The notes beneath the pieces were generated by a model. The model ran no database searches. It worked only from the letters and a program-made list of their open reading frames with translations, and was not told the DNA's origin. Shown here piece by piece: positions 11,151 to 23,185 of a stretch of DNA of 64,000 nt (its first letter is position 1; the number at the start of each line of letters is the position of its first letter). Source of the stretch: Balanoglossus misakiensis (taxonomy: Eukaryota > Animalia > Hemichordata); contig CM082583.2 of assembly GCA_040954595.2 (NCBI GenBank), forward strand, positions 5,516,849 through 5,580,848, given 5' to 3'. The position numbers and the translations under genes were made by a program.

Positions 11151-14100
11151 ATGGATGATCAGTCGGAAGCAGTCTCGGGAGAGATCGAAACTTTCAAAAT
11201 CAAAGTTGCCCATCTGGAAGAGGAGCTGAAGAGAGCCAGGGCAGAGCAATCGAAATTGGACAAGAAACTGCAGAAAGCAGAGAGAAGTCAGGAAATTGCC
11301 GAGAATTACAACGAAAGCCTGAGAAAGGAAATCAACTCGCTGAGAGAACAGCTGCACGTTTATAAAAGTAGGAAATATGCTGATGGCGGCACTCAAACTG
11401 AAGAAGAACAAAATGATTTAATTAATGTACAAGTGAGTACATTTGCATATAATACAACAGCTTCACATTTTGCCAAGCAAAAATCATTAACTGTCGAGCT
11501 AGGTGTAACTTTATTATAGCAATGTCTGTGTTATGTATTTTGGTCCAGAACTCATCAAATTCTTACTCCAAAATGTAGTGGTGTGAAAATGTGCATAATA
11601 TTTTTCCTACCACAGTGTGCAGATAGCTATTTGAATCACACAGTCCAAATTCAAGGATTTATAATTCTTCGCATTTCCCCCCACTCCAGGCAGAAGGGCA
11701 ATCAATAGCTGAGAGTCTGAGATCAACTGCTGAGGCAGCTCTTTCACAGTCTGGCTATGTCTACGATGAAACAACTGGACTGTATTATGATTATAAAACC
11801 GGTTACTACTATGATTCTGTAAGTTTTTTGTGTAATTCTAAATGATTTTTTTTCCTGATATTGTGTTATTTATAAGTGAAATACAGGAGACTTGCCATCA
11901 CATAACGTGTCGTGTTGTTAGGAAGGAGGAAAATTCAGCATTTTATGAAAATTGACAAGTTCTGATAACATAAGATGGCATATTAAAAGAACCCATATAC
12001 TAGTAATTACCAAAAACCCCTGACCAAACAAGTTTTCCGTATTGGGTGATTACATGGTAATAGTAACTTTTTCAATGTTTTTTTTATCCAGAAAAACCAG
12101 CTTTACTATGATGCCAACACCGGCATTTATTACTACTTCAACCAACGCACCAAGTCGTATCAGTTCCATTCCCAAGTGGCTCTTCCACAACCAAGCACAG
12201 ACCAGAGTGGAGTCGCCGTCGGTCAAAGCCAGGAAGCCGTGCGTGACAAAAGCGGCAGACACGGAAAGAAGAAGGCAAAGAAGAGAGTTGCCGACAAAAG
12301 GAAAAAGTCAAAGTCATTGGGTGACAAGTACGATAGTTCAGAAGATGATTCAGTAATTGAGGTAGACACTTTTCTTTCTTTTTTTTATCAGTTTCTCTCC
12401 CTATTGGTAATAATGGTGGAATGGCATAATGTTTTCATCCGTCTTGAAATTCTTGTAATTGTTGTTGGCAATTTAAAGATCCAATGAATAATTTCCAAAC
12501 ACTACTTCCACATATGCCAGAAGTCCTGCTCCCTTTGCACTAATAAATATTGAGCAAATCTTGCATTATATACTAAAATTTTCAATCAACTACCATGGGT
12601 TCATTTGAAAAACAAAACATACTCAAATCTATGTGTCATAATATTGGTGAATTTTTAAAATCATTTGACAGCATTAATTGAGGCATAAGTACTTTAAGAA
12701 CATGTATATTACGTTATTACTTCGTCTTGAAGACGTTTTACACTCCAATGTGTGGTTTTCCACTTGATAAAAGAAGCATCTGTTTTGTTACACTTGACAG
12801 GCAGCTGTCCTTGATCGACTTGCAACAAAATTAGACAATTTATCGATCAATAAGATCCCTGCCAAAAGAACGCCAAAAACCAAGCTTCAAATCCCTGGGT
12901 GCTCTGTCATTGGAAAACCACGCACTGGTAGGTACAGATACGGTCTTGCATCAACCTTTTCCACTTTTTTTCCCCTTTAATTATGCTTGCAAGGTCAGCG
13001 GTGAGCCTAAGCATAAGAAAAGAGAGCTTGACCGGAGGAAAGGCGGTCGGGAGATAGAAGTGATTAAAATCGACGACAGCGATGACAGTAACCGTGGCGA
13101 TGGAGACAGGAAGACTGAGTCTGTTTGCATTGATGTGGATAAGAGTGATTCGGAGATGGAGGAGGGAGAGATTTCGGACAGTTCCAAAGAGGAGGTTGTG
13201 TCCGAATCAGAATCGGAAATGTCCTCAAGTGATGCAGAGGAGGATGCTGGTAGGTGACTTTGTGAACCTTTGATGTCAGTGGTTCCCGACAACAGCAGAC
13301 TTTGTCTCTCTGGTATAGTCCAGTGTAAAAATGGTGATCGGTACTACTGCATTCTAAGGACCAATGACTCACTTTTGCTTGCTCACCCAGCATTGTCAAT
13401 GTCACTGCTACACATGTCTCTCAATGTGATTGGGTGAAGTAGTTGGGTGACCATACTTAATTATATGATATTCTCAATGGGAACTGGGATATTTGGTTCA
13501 GATTTTAAATCAGTTTTGAGTGATGGGTATTGGGCATTCTTGGTGGTACAGCCAAGTATGCCTAATGAGTGAAAACTATGAACACTGCAGGACACCACAT
13601 TTATAACCATTCTGAGCATGGAGGACATGATTTTGGCAAATAAAGATTTGAGACTTTGGAGCGCTAAAATGTGGGTTATATCATAGACCCTAGAGAGTTT
13701 CTCTAGGGTCTATGGTTATATTGTCTTCTTCGTCAGTTACCAAGCAACTGCGGCTACCGGCACCGTGTGTCAGACTGATTGTCACGGAATCAGAATCCTT
13801 GAAGCTGGGTACACTGTTCATCATCACCTGTACAGGTGGTACCATTGGCAGGTAAGCTTGGAAAGTATGGATGCGTCAGGGATGTATTCCTGAAGTGGTT
13901 GTTTATAAAATATATGGACGAGTGCTCCTTGTGTGGTGCATTAGATAAAAAAAACCCGTAATGCACACAGAGTGCTGCTAAAAAGCATTGATAAGATAAT
14001 TGATTTTTACAGTGTTTTGTCATGTCTTGTCCTGCTCAGACTCTTGCAATTCTGTATTAGTATTATCTGAATGGTTACCCCCTGGACATCTACTACTTTG

Positions 14101-16065
14101 GCTCTAGGGTTAGGGATAGGGTGGGCTAAGTGTGTAACCCCCTGGACATGTTTGTGGCTCTTGAGTTAGGGATAAGGTGGGCTAAGTGTCGTATGGGTAA
14201 ATATCCAGGGGGTAACCACCCTTGAACCTGCTTTCTGCCACCAGAGAGGAGAGTAGCCCTGTGTGCGTACCCGAGGTGCCAGTCAGTAAGAACCATGCAG
14301 AGATCGGCTACAATGAAGAGGCGAGACAGTATTGGATAAGAGACAGTGGGAGTCAAAACGGGACGTGGCTGAATGAAAACCAACTGACATCACAGGTAGG
14401 AGGTTCTCTCCTTTTCATCTCATTGCCCTGTGTGTGTGTGTGTCTGACTTGTCATCAGAAAAGATGAATGTCCTCATGATCTACATTCACGGTTTATAGA
14501 GGCCAGTCAATGCAACTCCACCACATTTTCTACAACATTCACAGGCACGAACTGAGAGTGAATGCAGTCCACTATCTCACGGAGACACTGTCAGGCTGGG
14601 AACTACCACACTGAGAATTCACATACATCCCGGTGACGAGACGTGTGATGACTGTGAACCGGGGCAAGTCCAGGCCGTCCTGGAGAAAGAGAAACCTCAA
14701 ACAGGTGAGTCTACAGCTTTCAGGTTGGAACTAATTTTAGTGAGTTGTGCTATCAGCCACAGCATGTGTGATCCACACAAAGTCATCAAATCAGCAGACA
14801 AATTTTCAACACAAGTCTTGATTTTTGAGGAATTTTTAGTTTGTTCACTTCTACAGGTTATCGTTTTTATACATGATACGATGCAATAAGATAGTGAATT
14901 TATATAGCGCCTGGTATCTGTAAAAAAATGTTCACTGGCGCTTGACACAGTGTTGCATGAGTGTGCTCTCTCAAAAAATAGGTCTACACTTCCTCATCAT
15001 TACCATTCTTTTTTTTGTAACGTTTCATCTGTAGTTACCATTCATTCCAAAGAGGAAAGAGAGAAATTGAGAAAGAAGCAGTTGAAGCAGATCAAGAAAA
15101 AGTACATGTTGGCAGGTGTGGACTACGAAGAAAACAAAGAGGTCCTGCAGAATCCAAACTATACTGACAGGGCAGATCATAGACGGAAGACAGTGGGCAG
15201 TGACAACCCGCATCAGAAAGATGACTTACCTGCTTCTGTTCATGTGTAAGTCTCTGTTTTGAAAAAAAATATATAAAAAGATGACAGTAGGTTTAGATGG
15301 TGGTAAAATTATGCATTCGGCTGTGTACCCTTTTGCATCTATCTTTTGATAGATGTTTTTTTATTAAAAAAACCCCGGAATATATCCCCTAATGCTCATT
15401 TTCAATCCCTCTTCTTATCACCTGAATGCATACACTCCTATCAAAGAACATGATACTAACGGAAATGAATTGACATTCTTGTAATCTTCAGCGCCATTGC
15501 TGATACCAATGTCGGACACAAGATGATGAAGAAGATGGGATGGAAGGAAGGTCAGCTGCTCGGCAAACATGAACAAGGTTTAGATGAACCGGTAAGTAAA
15601 GATACTGGTATTCTTGAGGTGTTGGGGGAGACATTTTTCATTCTGTACTGTCCCAAAAGTGTGGTGTCCCAGGCATTGCAATGCAGAGAGGGGCGGAGTC
15701 ATATGGTTTTCCTGCAATCACCTCAATAGTTACCGAGTTTCCTATCTCCCGACATTCCCGTTCAGATTCAAGTCGTTGTGAGAGACAAGAAAGCCGGACT
15801 CGGCAGCGGCAAGCAGAGATCAATGGACCAGATGCAGTACAGGAACCCCCAGCAGTGGGACAAAGCCAGGGAGAGATTCCGGGCGGTGCAAAGGCCCGAC
15901 ACAAAGCAGCCGTCTCAGCAGCCGAGTGCGAAAGCCCAGCAGTCGTTTGTGAAGGGTGGGGTGCAAGTGCTGGGGAACGAGGAGTCGACCGGCAGCGAAA
16001 CTGCTAAGAGCGAACAGGTCTCGGTTGCCAAAGACATAAGAGATGAGAAAATATTTGATATTTGA
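11151..16065 (+). CDS. AGGF1: Angiogenic factor with G-patch and FHA domains 1 (coiled coil, OCRE, FHA, G-patch)
   Basis: Exons 11151-11432, 11690-11818, 12092-12361, 12994-13249, 13737-13851, 14245-14395, 14545-14704, 15035-15245, 15492-15591, 15766-16065. OCRE GYVYDETTGLYYDYKTGYYYDS|KNQLYYDANTGIYYY; FHA VSKNHAEI..DSGSQNGTWLN; HIHPGDETCDDCEPG; YTDRADHRRKTVGS; G-patch GHKMMKKMGWKEGQLLGK..KAGLG. Confidence 0.95.
13682..13714. mobile_element. 33-bp fold-back remnant with P-element-like ends and 7-bp TSD
   Basis: CATAGACCCTAGAGA-GTT-TCTCTAGGGTCTATG (perfect 15-bp arms); GTTATAT at both 13675-13681 and 13715-13721. Confidence 0.75.
14072..14218. mobile_element. Small inverted-repeat element with internal duplication
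   Basis: TGGTTACCCCCTGGA(C/T)AT ends in inverted orientation; two ~55-bp internal units containing GTTAGGGATA(G/A)GGTGGGCTAAGTGT; no TSD found. Confidence 0.55.
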
Positions 16066-17085
16066 ATTGGGAGTGGGTGTCAGCTTGTATGCACTTGTGT
16101 GGCATGCAGATGGAGACACATGTATGGACCTCTAATGGACAAGTACCCCTTTAAATTTCTTTCGTAAAGAACATCAGCTTCTTTCAAGTAATATCTTTTG
16201 CCAACTTTCTTGCTTTTCAGACGTGTCAAATAAAAGTATGGCTTTACAAGTCAAGTAGACTTCCGAAATAGAATTGGTAAGTGATACTGTAGGTGTATGG
16301 GGATATGCTGCCCTTGGATGGTGCGGCCTTCAAAACTATCGTCTTTTTATAGCTGTAGAAATTTTTATACACAGGCTCTCTCATTCAGCAGATCAGGTGC
16401 AAATACCCATACACAACAAAATGACTAGAACAGCTTTTGTGTTTGTTTGTTTTTTAAAAATATCATGTTTTAACAGTGAGTTACAAGTCACTAAACATAT
16501 GCATCTGTATTGAATGATTGGCCATAAAAATTAGTAACGCGTAGGTAACAATGCCCTAGAGCAATATTCTTGTAAGTAAAATACTGGCACAAACTACGGT
16601 TGTAGTCTACTACTTACAATGCACATAGCAAAGATTCAAGAGTAACTCCTTGCTGTAGCTGAACTGAGCACAAATAAACCCAAACATGAAACAATCTGGT
16701 TCATAAAAAAATTAATGTAAAATGTGTTAAAATTAGGTCATGTTAAATTAAAAGACTAAAAACTGAAGGCAGTAATGAGCTATTTAAAGCAATTCATCGT
16801 CAATGACCCAGTCCCCAGTCACATTGTTGTCGGATTCTTGAGTCCAAAAATGCCCCTGGGTGTGGTTGCGCAGTCATTCTGTCATGATCATTGGAATTTT
16901 ATGGTCTTAGCACCTACATTAATACACAATATGACAATTCCTTATGTGCTATTTGAGTTCGAAAGAAACTGGACTGAGGAACTATTCTATTCTGCGCACG
17001 TGCAAAGTAAAACTAACTGGTCTGGGATGAACGCTACCAAAAGTCACTAATGTTTGCTACAGCTGTACAAAACTTTAAAAAAGAG

Positions 17086-20000
17086 CTACACATCATACCC
17101 AATGTGTCTCACATAAGAAACGTCACCTTTGGGTATCATGAGGTGGCTTAACACAACCATACTGCTTGTTTTTTGACCCCCTGGCCTGCATTTATTTTTC
17201 ATGTGACGGAGCAGTTCATCGTAATCACTGTACTTCTTTTTGCATCGGCCACACTTGACCATCAGATGGTCATCTTCTTCTTTTTGATCAGCAATCGATG
17301 CAGGCACAGGTGCTCCATCCTCTGCATTTCTCCGGGCAACTTTCACTGATTTACCAGCAGGACTACTGAGAGTTACGTGTCTCTGTGCATCTCCTGTGTC
17401 CTGTGGAGAACTCCTGGGCTCTTCCCCGAGCCAGTGAAGCTTCGTGTGTCGGACCAGTGTGCTGGAGCTAAGGCACCTGTAGTCGCAGATAGCACAGACG
17501 AATTTCGGATCCCCACTTTTGCCGTCCGACACCTGTGCCTGAAGCTCCACATCCAAGTCTGCTGTCTCGTCCTCTTCAGCCTTTTGGGGGTTTCGGCCCT
17601 TCTTTGTTGTCCTCCCCAACTGTTGGTCCTTGACGCTGCTTGATTGCTGTTCGGCTGTGTCACTGTCAGACATCGCCTCCTCTACTCTCATTTCATCGAC
17701 GGCGCTCGCAGATTCACCCGTTTCTGCGTCTGCATCATCGGATGCTGACTGAACTCCACTACGGCTAGCTGTTCCTTTCTTCCTCTCGCCACTGTGTGCT
17801 GGGCCATCTTTATCGCGGCTTGCTGCATCTCCCTCGACCACCTTGCCCCCAGTTTCCTTACCCTCGGCATTATGCACGCCCCCCGTTCTCCCATCGACGG
17901 AGCCTCCCTTCACATTGTCTGGAACGTCTTTTGCCACAGACGAGACCTTTTCACCCGGTGCCTTATCTTTCAATGCGTCAACTTTGGGGTGGCACCGCTC
18001 CTTGTGGTTGTACAAATAGCCCGGACTTGTGAACATTCGGTTGCATTGGTCGCACGGATAATTCAGTTTAATGTCAATGTGACGTTTCCTGTGAGCCCGC
18101 AGAAATTTCATGTCCTTGCAAAGCATGCCGCATGTCTCGCATATCAAGTCTCTCTTCTCGTAATTGGACGCAGGTACCTTTTCGTGCAGTTTCATGTGGT
18201 TCTCCAGAAACGTGCTGCTTTCTAGCATCTTCCCGCACTTGTGGCAAGGAAATTTTTGGGCCGCCGGATTAGAGACGTCTTTGAAAGCGCACTCGTTTTT
18301 CTTGTGCGTTTGGAAGTCGTCGCTACAGCTGAATCCTTCCTTGCATTTCCAACAGCGGTACAGAGACGTCTGCGACGTGTCTGCTCTGCGCGAGGGGGTG
18401 AAAATCTTTGTTGGTGTATTCTCTTTTGGGGTTGAACCATGTGCTACTGCACTGACTGCCTTCTTTGCGGGTGTGGCACTTTGTGAGGGGGCAGCGCTGC
18501 GCTTGGGGCCCTTCTGTGGCTGTGACTTCAATTCTTCTGCAGACTGTGACTTCAATTCTTCTGCAGACTGTGACTTCAACTCTTCTGCAGACTGTGACTC
18601 CAATTCTTCTGCAGACTGTGACTTCAATTCTTCTGCAGACTGTGACTCCAATTCTTCTGCAGACTGTGACTCCAATTCTTCTGCAGACTGTGACTTCAAT
18701 TCTTCTGCAGACTGTGACTTCAATTCTTCTGCAGACTGTGACTTCAATTCTTCTGCAGAGGGACCAGGTCGACTTCGAGTAACGTGGGCAACCGGGGCAC
18801 TTTGTGTAGGTGAACGCCCTTTCTGTGATGATGAAGGATCTGTTGGGGTAATGTCCGCGCTGCGTAAATTAGGCACAGGAACACTGCTTTCCTCCACAGG
18901 ATGGCTAGTTTGGGCACTGTCTGCAGGGTGGGATGTTTTGGTATTTTTCTCCTTTTCAGAAGTATTGACAGCAGTTCCACTATCCACTGTTGTGTGGGTC
19001 ATATTTTGTTGTTCCGTATTCTTCTCAATGTTAGAAGTATTGACAGCGATTTCACTTTCCACTGTTGCACAGGTCATCTTTTGTTCAGTATTTTTCTCAT
19101 TTTTAGAAGTATTGACAGCAGTTCCACTTTCCTCTGTTGCTAGGGTCATCTTTTGTTGTTCAGTATTCTTCTCAATGTTAGAAGTATTCGCAATGGTTCC
19201 ACTATCCACTGTTGCTAGGGTCATCTTGTCTTGTTGAGTTTTTTTCTCATTTTCAGAAGTATCGATAGAGGTTTCACTTCCAACTGTTCTGAGGGCTATC
19301 TTTTGTTCCGTATTTTTCTCCTTTTTAGAAGTATCCTCAGTGATTTCACTATCCACTGTTGCACAGGTCATCTTGTGTTGTTCAGTATTCTCCTCATTTT
19401 CAGAAGTATTGACAGCAGTTTCACTATCCACTGTTGTTAGGGTCATCTTTTGTTGTTCAGTATTTTCCTCATTTCTTGAAGTATCCACAGTGGTTTCACT
19501 ATCCACAATTGTGTGGGCCATCTTTTGCACTGTTCTGCTAGCCATCTTGTCTTGTTGAGTTTTTTTCTCATTTTCAGAAGTATCCTCAGTGATTTCACTT
19601 TCAACTGTTCTGAGGACTATATTTTGTTGTTGCGTATTTTTCTCCTTGTTAGAATTATCCTCAGTGATTTCACAATTCACTGTTGTGTGGGTCATCTTTT
19701 GTTGTTCAGTATTCTTCTCATTTTCAGAAGTATCGACCGTGGTTCCACTATCCACTGTTGTGTGGGTCATATTTTGTTGTTCCGTATTCTTCTCAGTGTT
19801 AGAAGTATCTATAGTAATTTCCCTATTCACTGTTGAACGGGTCATTTTTTGTTGTCCAGTATTATTCTCAATATTAGAAGTATCCGCAATTGTTCGACTA
19901 TCCACTGTTATGTGGGCTATCTTTTGTTGTTCAGTATTCTCATTTTCAGAAGTATCGACCGTGGTTCCACTATCCTCTGTTGTGTCGGCCATCTTTTGTT

Positions 20001-22617
20001 GTTTCGTATTCTTCTCCTTTTTAGAAGTTTCCACAGTGGTTCCACGATTCACTGTTGCACGAGTCATCTTTTGTTGTTCAATATTCTCATTTGTAGAAGT
20101 TTCGGTAGCGGTTCCACTATCCACCGTTGTGTGGGACTGGGCTATCTTTTCTTGTTCAGTATTCTTCTCAATTTTAGAAGTATTTGCAGCAGTTCCACTA
20201 TCCAATCTTCTAAGGGCCATCTTGTGTTGTTTAGGTTTTTTCTTTTTAGAAGTATCGATAGTGGTTTCCCTTTCCACTGTTCTGAGCGCTATCTTTTGTT
20301 GTTCAGTATTTTTCTTAGTTTTAGAAGTATCAACAGGGGTTCCTCGTTCCACTGTTCTAAGGACCATCTTGTGTTGTTTAGTTTTTTTCTCCTTTTTAGA
20401 AGTATCCACAGTGGTTCCACTTTTCCTTGTTGCTAGGGTCATCTTTTGTTGTTCAGTATTCTTATTTGTAGAAGTTTCGGTGGCGGTTCCACTATCCACT
20501 GTTGTGTGGGCTATCTTTTGTTGTTCAGCGTTTTTCTCATTATTAGAAGTATTGACATCAGTTCCTCTTTCCACTGTTCTGAGGGCCATCTTGTGTTGTT
20601 TAGTATTCTTCTCAACTTTAGAAGTATTGACAGCAGTTTTACTATTCACTGTTGCGTGGGCCTTCTTTTGGTGTAAGGTAAGCTGACCTTTCAAACGAAA
20701 GCCTTTCCCACATTTGTCGCACGTGTACCGGTACTGTTTCTTTCGAACCGGAGCCTTTTCCTGGTGGCCTTCCCCTTCTTCAACCCTCTCCACCGTGTAA
20801 GGCGAGTTCTGCCGGCTTTGCCTGTCGTCGGACATCCCCTGTGACAAGTGCTCGATCTTGACGTGCCTGGCCAACTCCTGCAGGCTGGAGCAACTCTTCT
20901 TGCACTGTTTGCAGGGATGCTCGGCAGGTGGTTGCGGTTGGTCGCCAGTCTTTCGCTTGTCTGTTTTGGCTTCCGCGTGTACCTTTGCATGAAGCGCGAG
21001 TTCCGACTGGGATTCAAAATTTGCCTCCTGACACTGTCCACCTGGAAAGGACTCGACCGGTGATTGCTTGGCGTCTTCCGTAGTCCCACTGTGGTCAGGC
21101 TCTTCCTGATGCACCTTGACGTCCCCCGAGTTGACCGTATTCGACCTCACGTGCATTCTCAAGTGCCAGATGTACAGCTCTTTATTTGTGAACATTTCGC
21201 CGCAAGTCCCGCATGTGAATCGGGCCGATTTTCTGTCGTCTATGGTGTGAAAGGACATGTGGTAGGCGAGGTGACTGTGGAACTTGAATTCCTCCGCGCA
21301 CACATGACATGTCAGCCACTTGGAGGATCCTGCAGTGCTGGTGCCTGCTACATTGTCACTTTCTGCGTCTGTGATAGTGAGAGTGGGGAAGAGAGAGAGA
21401 GAGAGCAATGAATAACTAATTTGACTTCAAACTTTATTAATACTTTATGTGATTGTATGTTTTCAGTGCTGGTTGTTCGCCATTTCCTACATCAGGTGAG
21501 AGTTACTTACCATCCCCATCACTGGAGTCTGCACTAACTGCCATTGGTCCATAATGAACCCCAACCTCCGCACTGTCCGTGTCTGTACATTCCCCGTCCA
21601 CAAGTTCCGGCTGTGTAGAATCTGCCTGTGGTTCAGCCATTTTAGATTCAGCTGGTGAACAGCAATCTGGAGAAGCAGTATCTGGTGTTACAGCCGTCTT
21701 GGCTGACTTTGAATCTTTCTTCACCTCTGACGTTTGCACCTTTACTTCCCTGTCTTGATTGTCCATCAGTATTGTCCCTTCTTGTAAAAGATAGTTCACC
21801 ACTAGTGACAGATCTTGTGAGGGGAAGAAATGACAAAATAATGTTAGTCACACCCACATACCAATCAATATTTCCCCAGTGTTTTTGCTCACTAAGAAAA
21901 GCCGCAACAGATGCATGCTACATAGTGTTCAAACCTAAGTGCAATATAATTCACAAGTGTTACCTTTATCGTTAAGAATCCCATTGTCAAGTCGACGAAC
22001 CAATGCTTTGGTGGACTGTTCAAAGCTCTTTAGAAAGTCCTTGCCTTTATGGGCATATTGAACTTGCTCCAAGATCTGTCTGCAATCTAATTCGGAAATG
22101 AGAAAATAGTATAAATAATTAAAGTTATCAATCTCGCAGAGCCAGGGGCTAGTGGAGATAGGAAAATGCAAGTTTACCATAGGGAAAGTACATGTAGTCT
22201 AATTTCCACATTGGGGGATGCTGATTACCATATCCCCCCCCCCCCCCCCCCCCCAACGGTACAGCTGCGTTACATATCAGGTGCCTTGGAAATCAATATG
22301 GCGGCGCCCAGTGCGGGTGGGTGATCGCTGAGGCGCATCCCGTTCCTTTGCCTATTTTTGACTGGACTTGTGCGTACATAAGCATTTATCGTTCTATCTG
22401 GGTATAAATGCGCACAAGAATCACATAAGCACATACACAGTATACAACAGAACCGCGCCTTACCCGATAAACTCAGAATCGTCTTGTGATCGCTCCGACA
22501 CTGATCGACAGACGCATGAATGAATCCTCGCAAGACAGTCTCCTTGTCCTTGTTCAATACGAGTCTGAAACCCTTTGATTCCAACATTTGAGTTAATCTA
22601 GAATCCAGTGAGTCCAT
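17086..22617 (-). CDS. Large C2H2 zinc-finger protein (~1,600 aa; ~10 dispersed fingers; two internal coding tandem repeats)
   Basis: Exons 22617-22464, 22086-21964, 21801-21511, 21368-17086, all phase-1 GT-AG junctions. Fingers include CHVCAEEFKFHSHLAYHMSFH, CGTCGEMF..HLRMH, CDKCGKGFRLKGQLTLHQKKAH, CHKCGKML..HMKLH, CAICDYRC..HTKLH. No orthologue recognised. Confidence 0.88.
18520..18759 (-). repeat. Coding minisatellite, 10 x 24 bp (SAEEL[K/E]SQ)
   Basis: Unit CTGTGACT(T/C)CAATTCTTCTGCAGA repeated head-to-tail with no spacers. Confidence 0.97.
18937..20667 (-). repeat. Coding tandem repeat, ~23 x 72-75 bp (consensus TVDSGTTVDTSxNEKNTEQQKMxxT)
   Basis: Periodic TAGAAGTAT / CCACTGTT / ATCTTTTGTTG motifs; all length variants preserve frame. 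Confidence 0.95.
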
Positions 22618-23185
22618 GGGACTGCATGTGGTTACGATGCACTACGACACAGGACTCAGACAGATACATCACAAACTTGTCCTGATCGCAAACAGGCAAA
22701 GGTCAAAGGACCACGTGTCAGGGAAAGATAATTTGGTCATTGGTGGCGCTGTTTTCGAGAAATGGGCACACGATTGTGGATTCTACCAGTAACCATAGTA
22801 ACCTTCCAAGGCCATGTTTCATGTTGCCATTGAAGAGTTGAACATCTTTATGAACAAAGTGAATTGTAATTTGTTCCAAGTTTGAAGTAAAAAACAATAA
22901 TTACGATGTTTTAATGTCTGGAATTATACTCAAATTTTATTATCCAATATAGTCTTACAATTTTGTTGTGTGAAATGTTCGTGCAACCATAGTGACAAAC
23001 TCAAACCTAGAAATAAGCCAACATTTTTTATTTGTAACGTCAATATCAGTGTGATTAAAATTTCAAGCCTTACGGCCAATGCAACTCCACATGCTCTTTC
23101 ATAAACATGATGATTGCAGTTTACTTGAGTTTAGGAAGCATTAGGAAAATGAACCATGTCATGTGACAAGGTCAGTGTCATTTGG

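Noticed and set aside
14106-14125. TTAGGG telomere-like sequence
   Set aside because: Only 1-2 units, inside a small inverted-repeat element.
17086-17150. CRIB-like ending (MIPKGDVSYVRHIGYDV) of the zinc-finger protein
   Set aside because: Only HIGYD matches; ISxP, F and the first His are missing.
18520-18759. 24-bp direct repeats resembling a CRISPR array
   Set aside because: No spacers, in-frame within a eukaryotic exon, no cas genes.
18164-20686. Long + strand ORFs (357 aa, 365 aa, Cys/Phe/Val-rich)
   Set aside because: Antisense shadows of the stop-poor coding repeats; no splice or promoter support.
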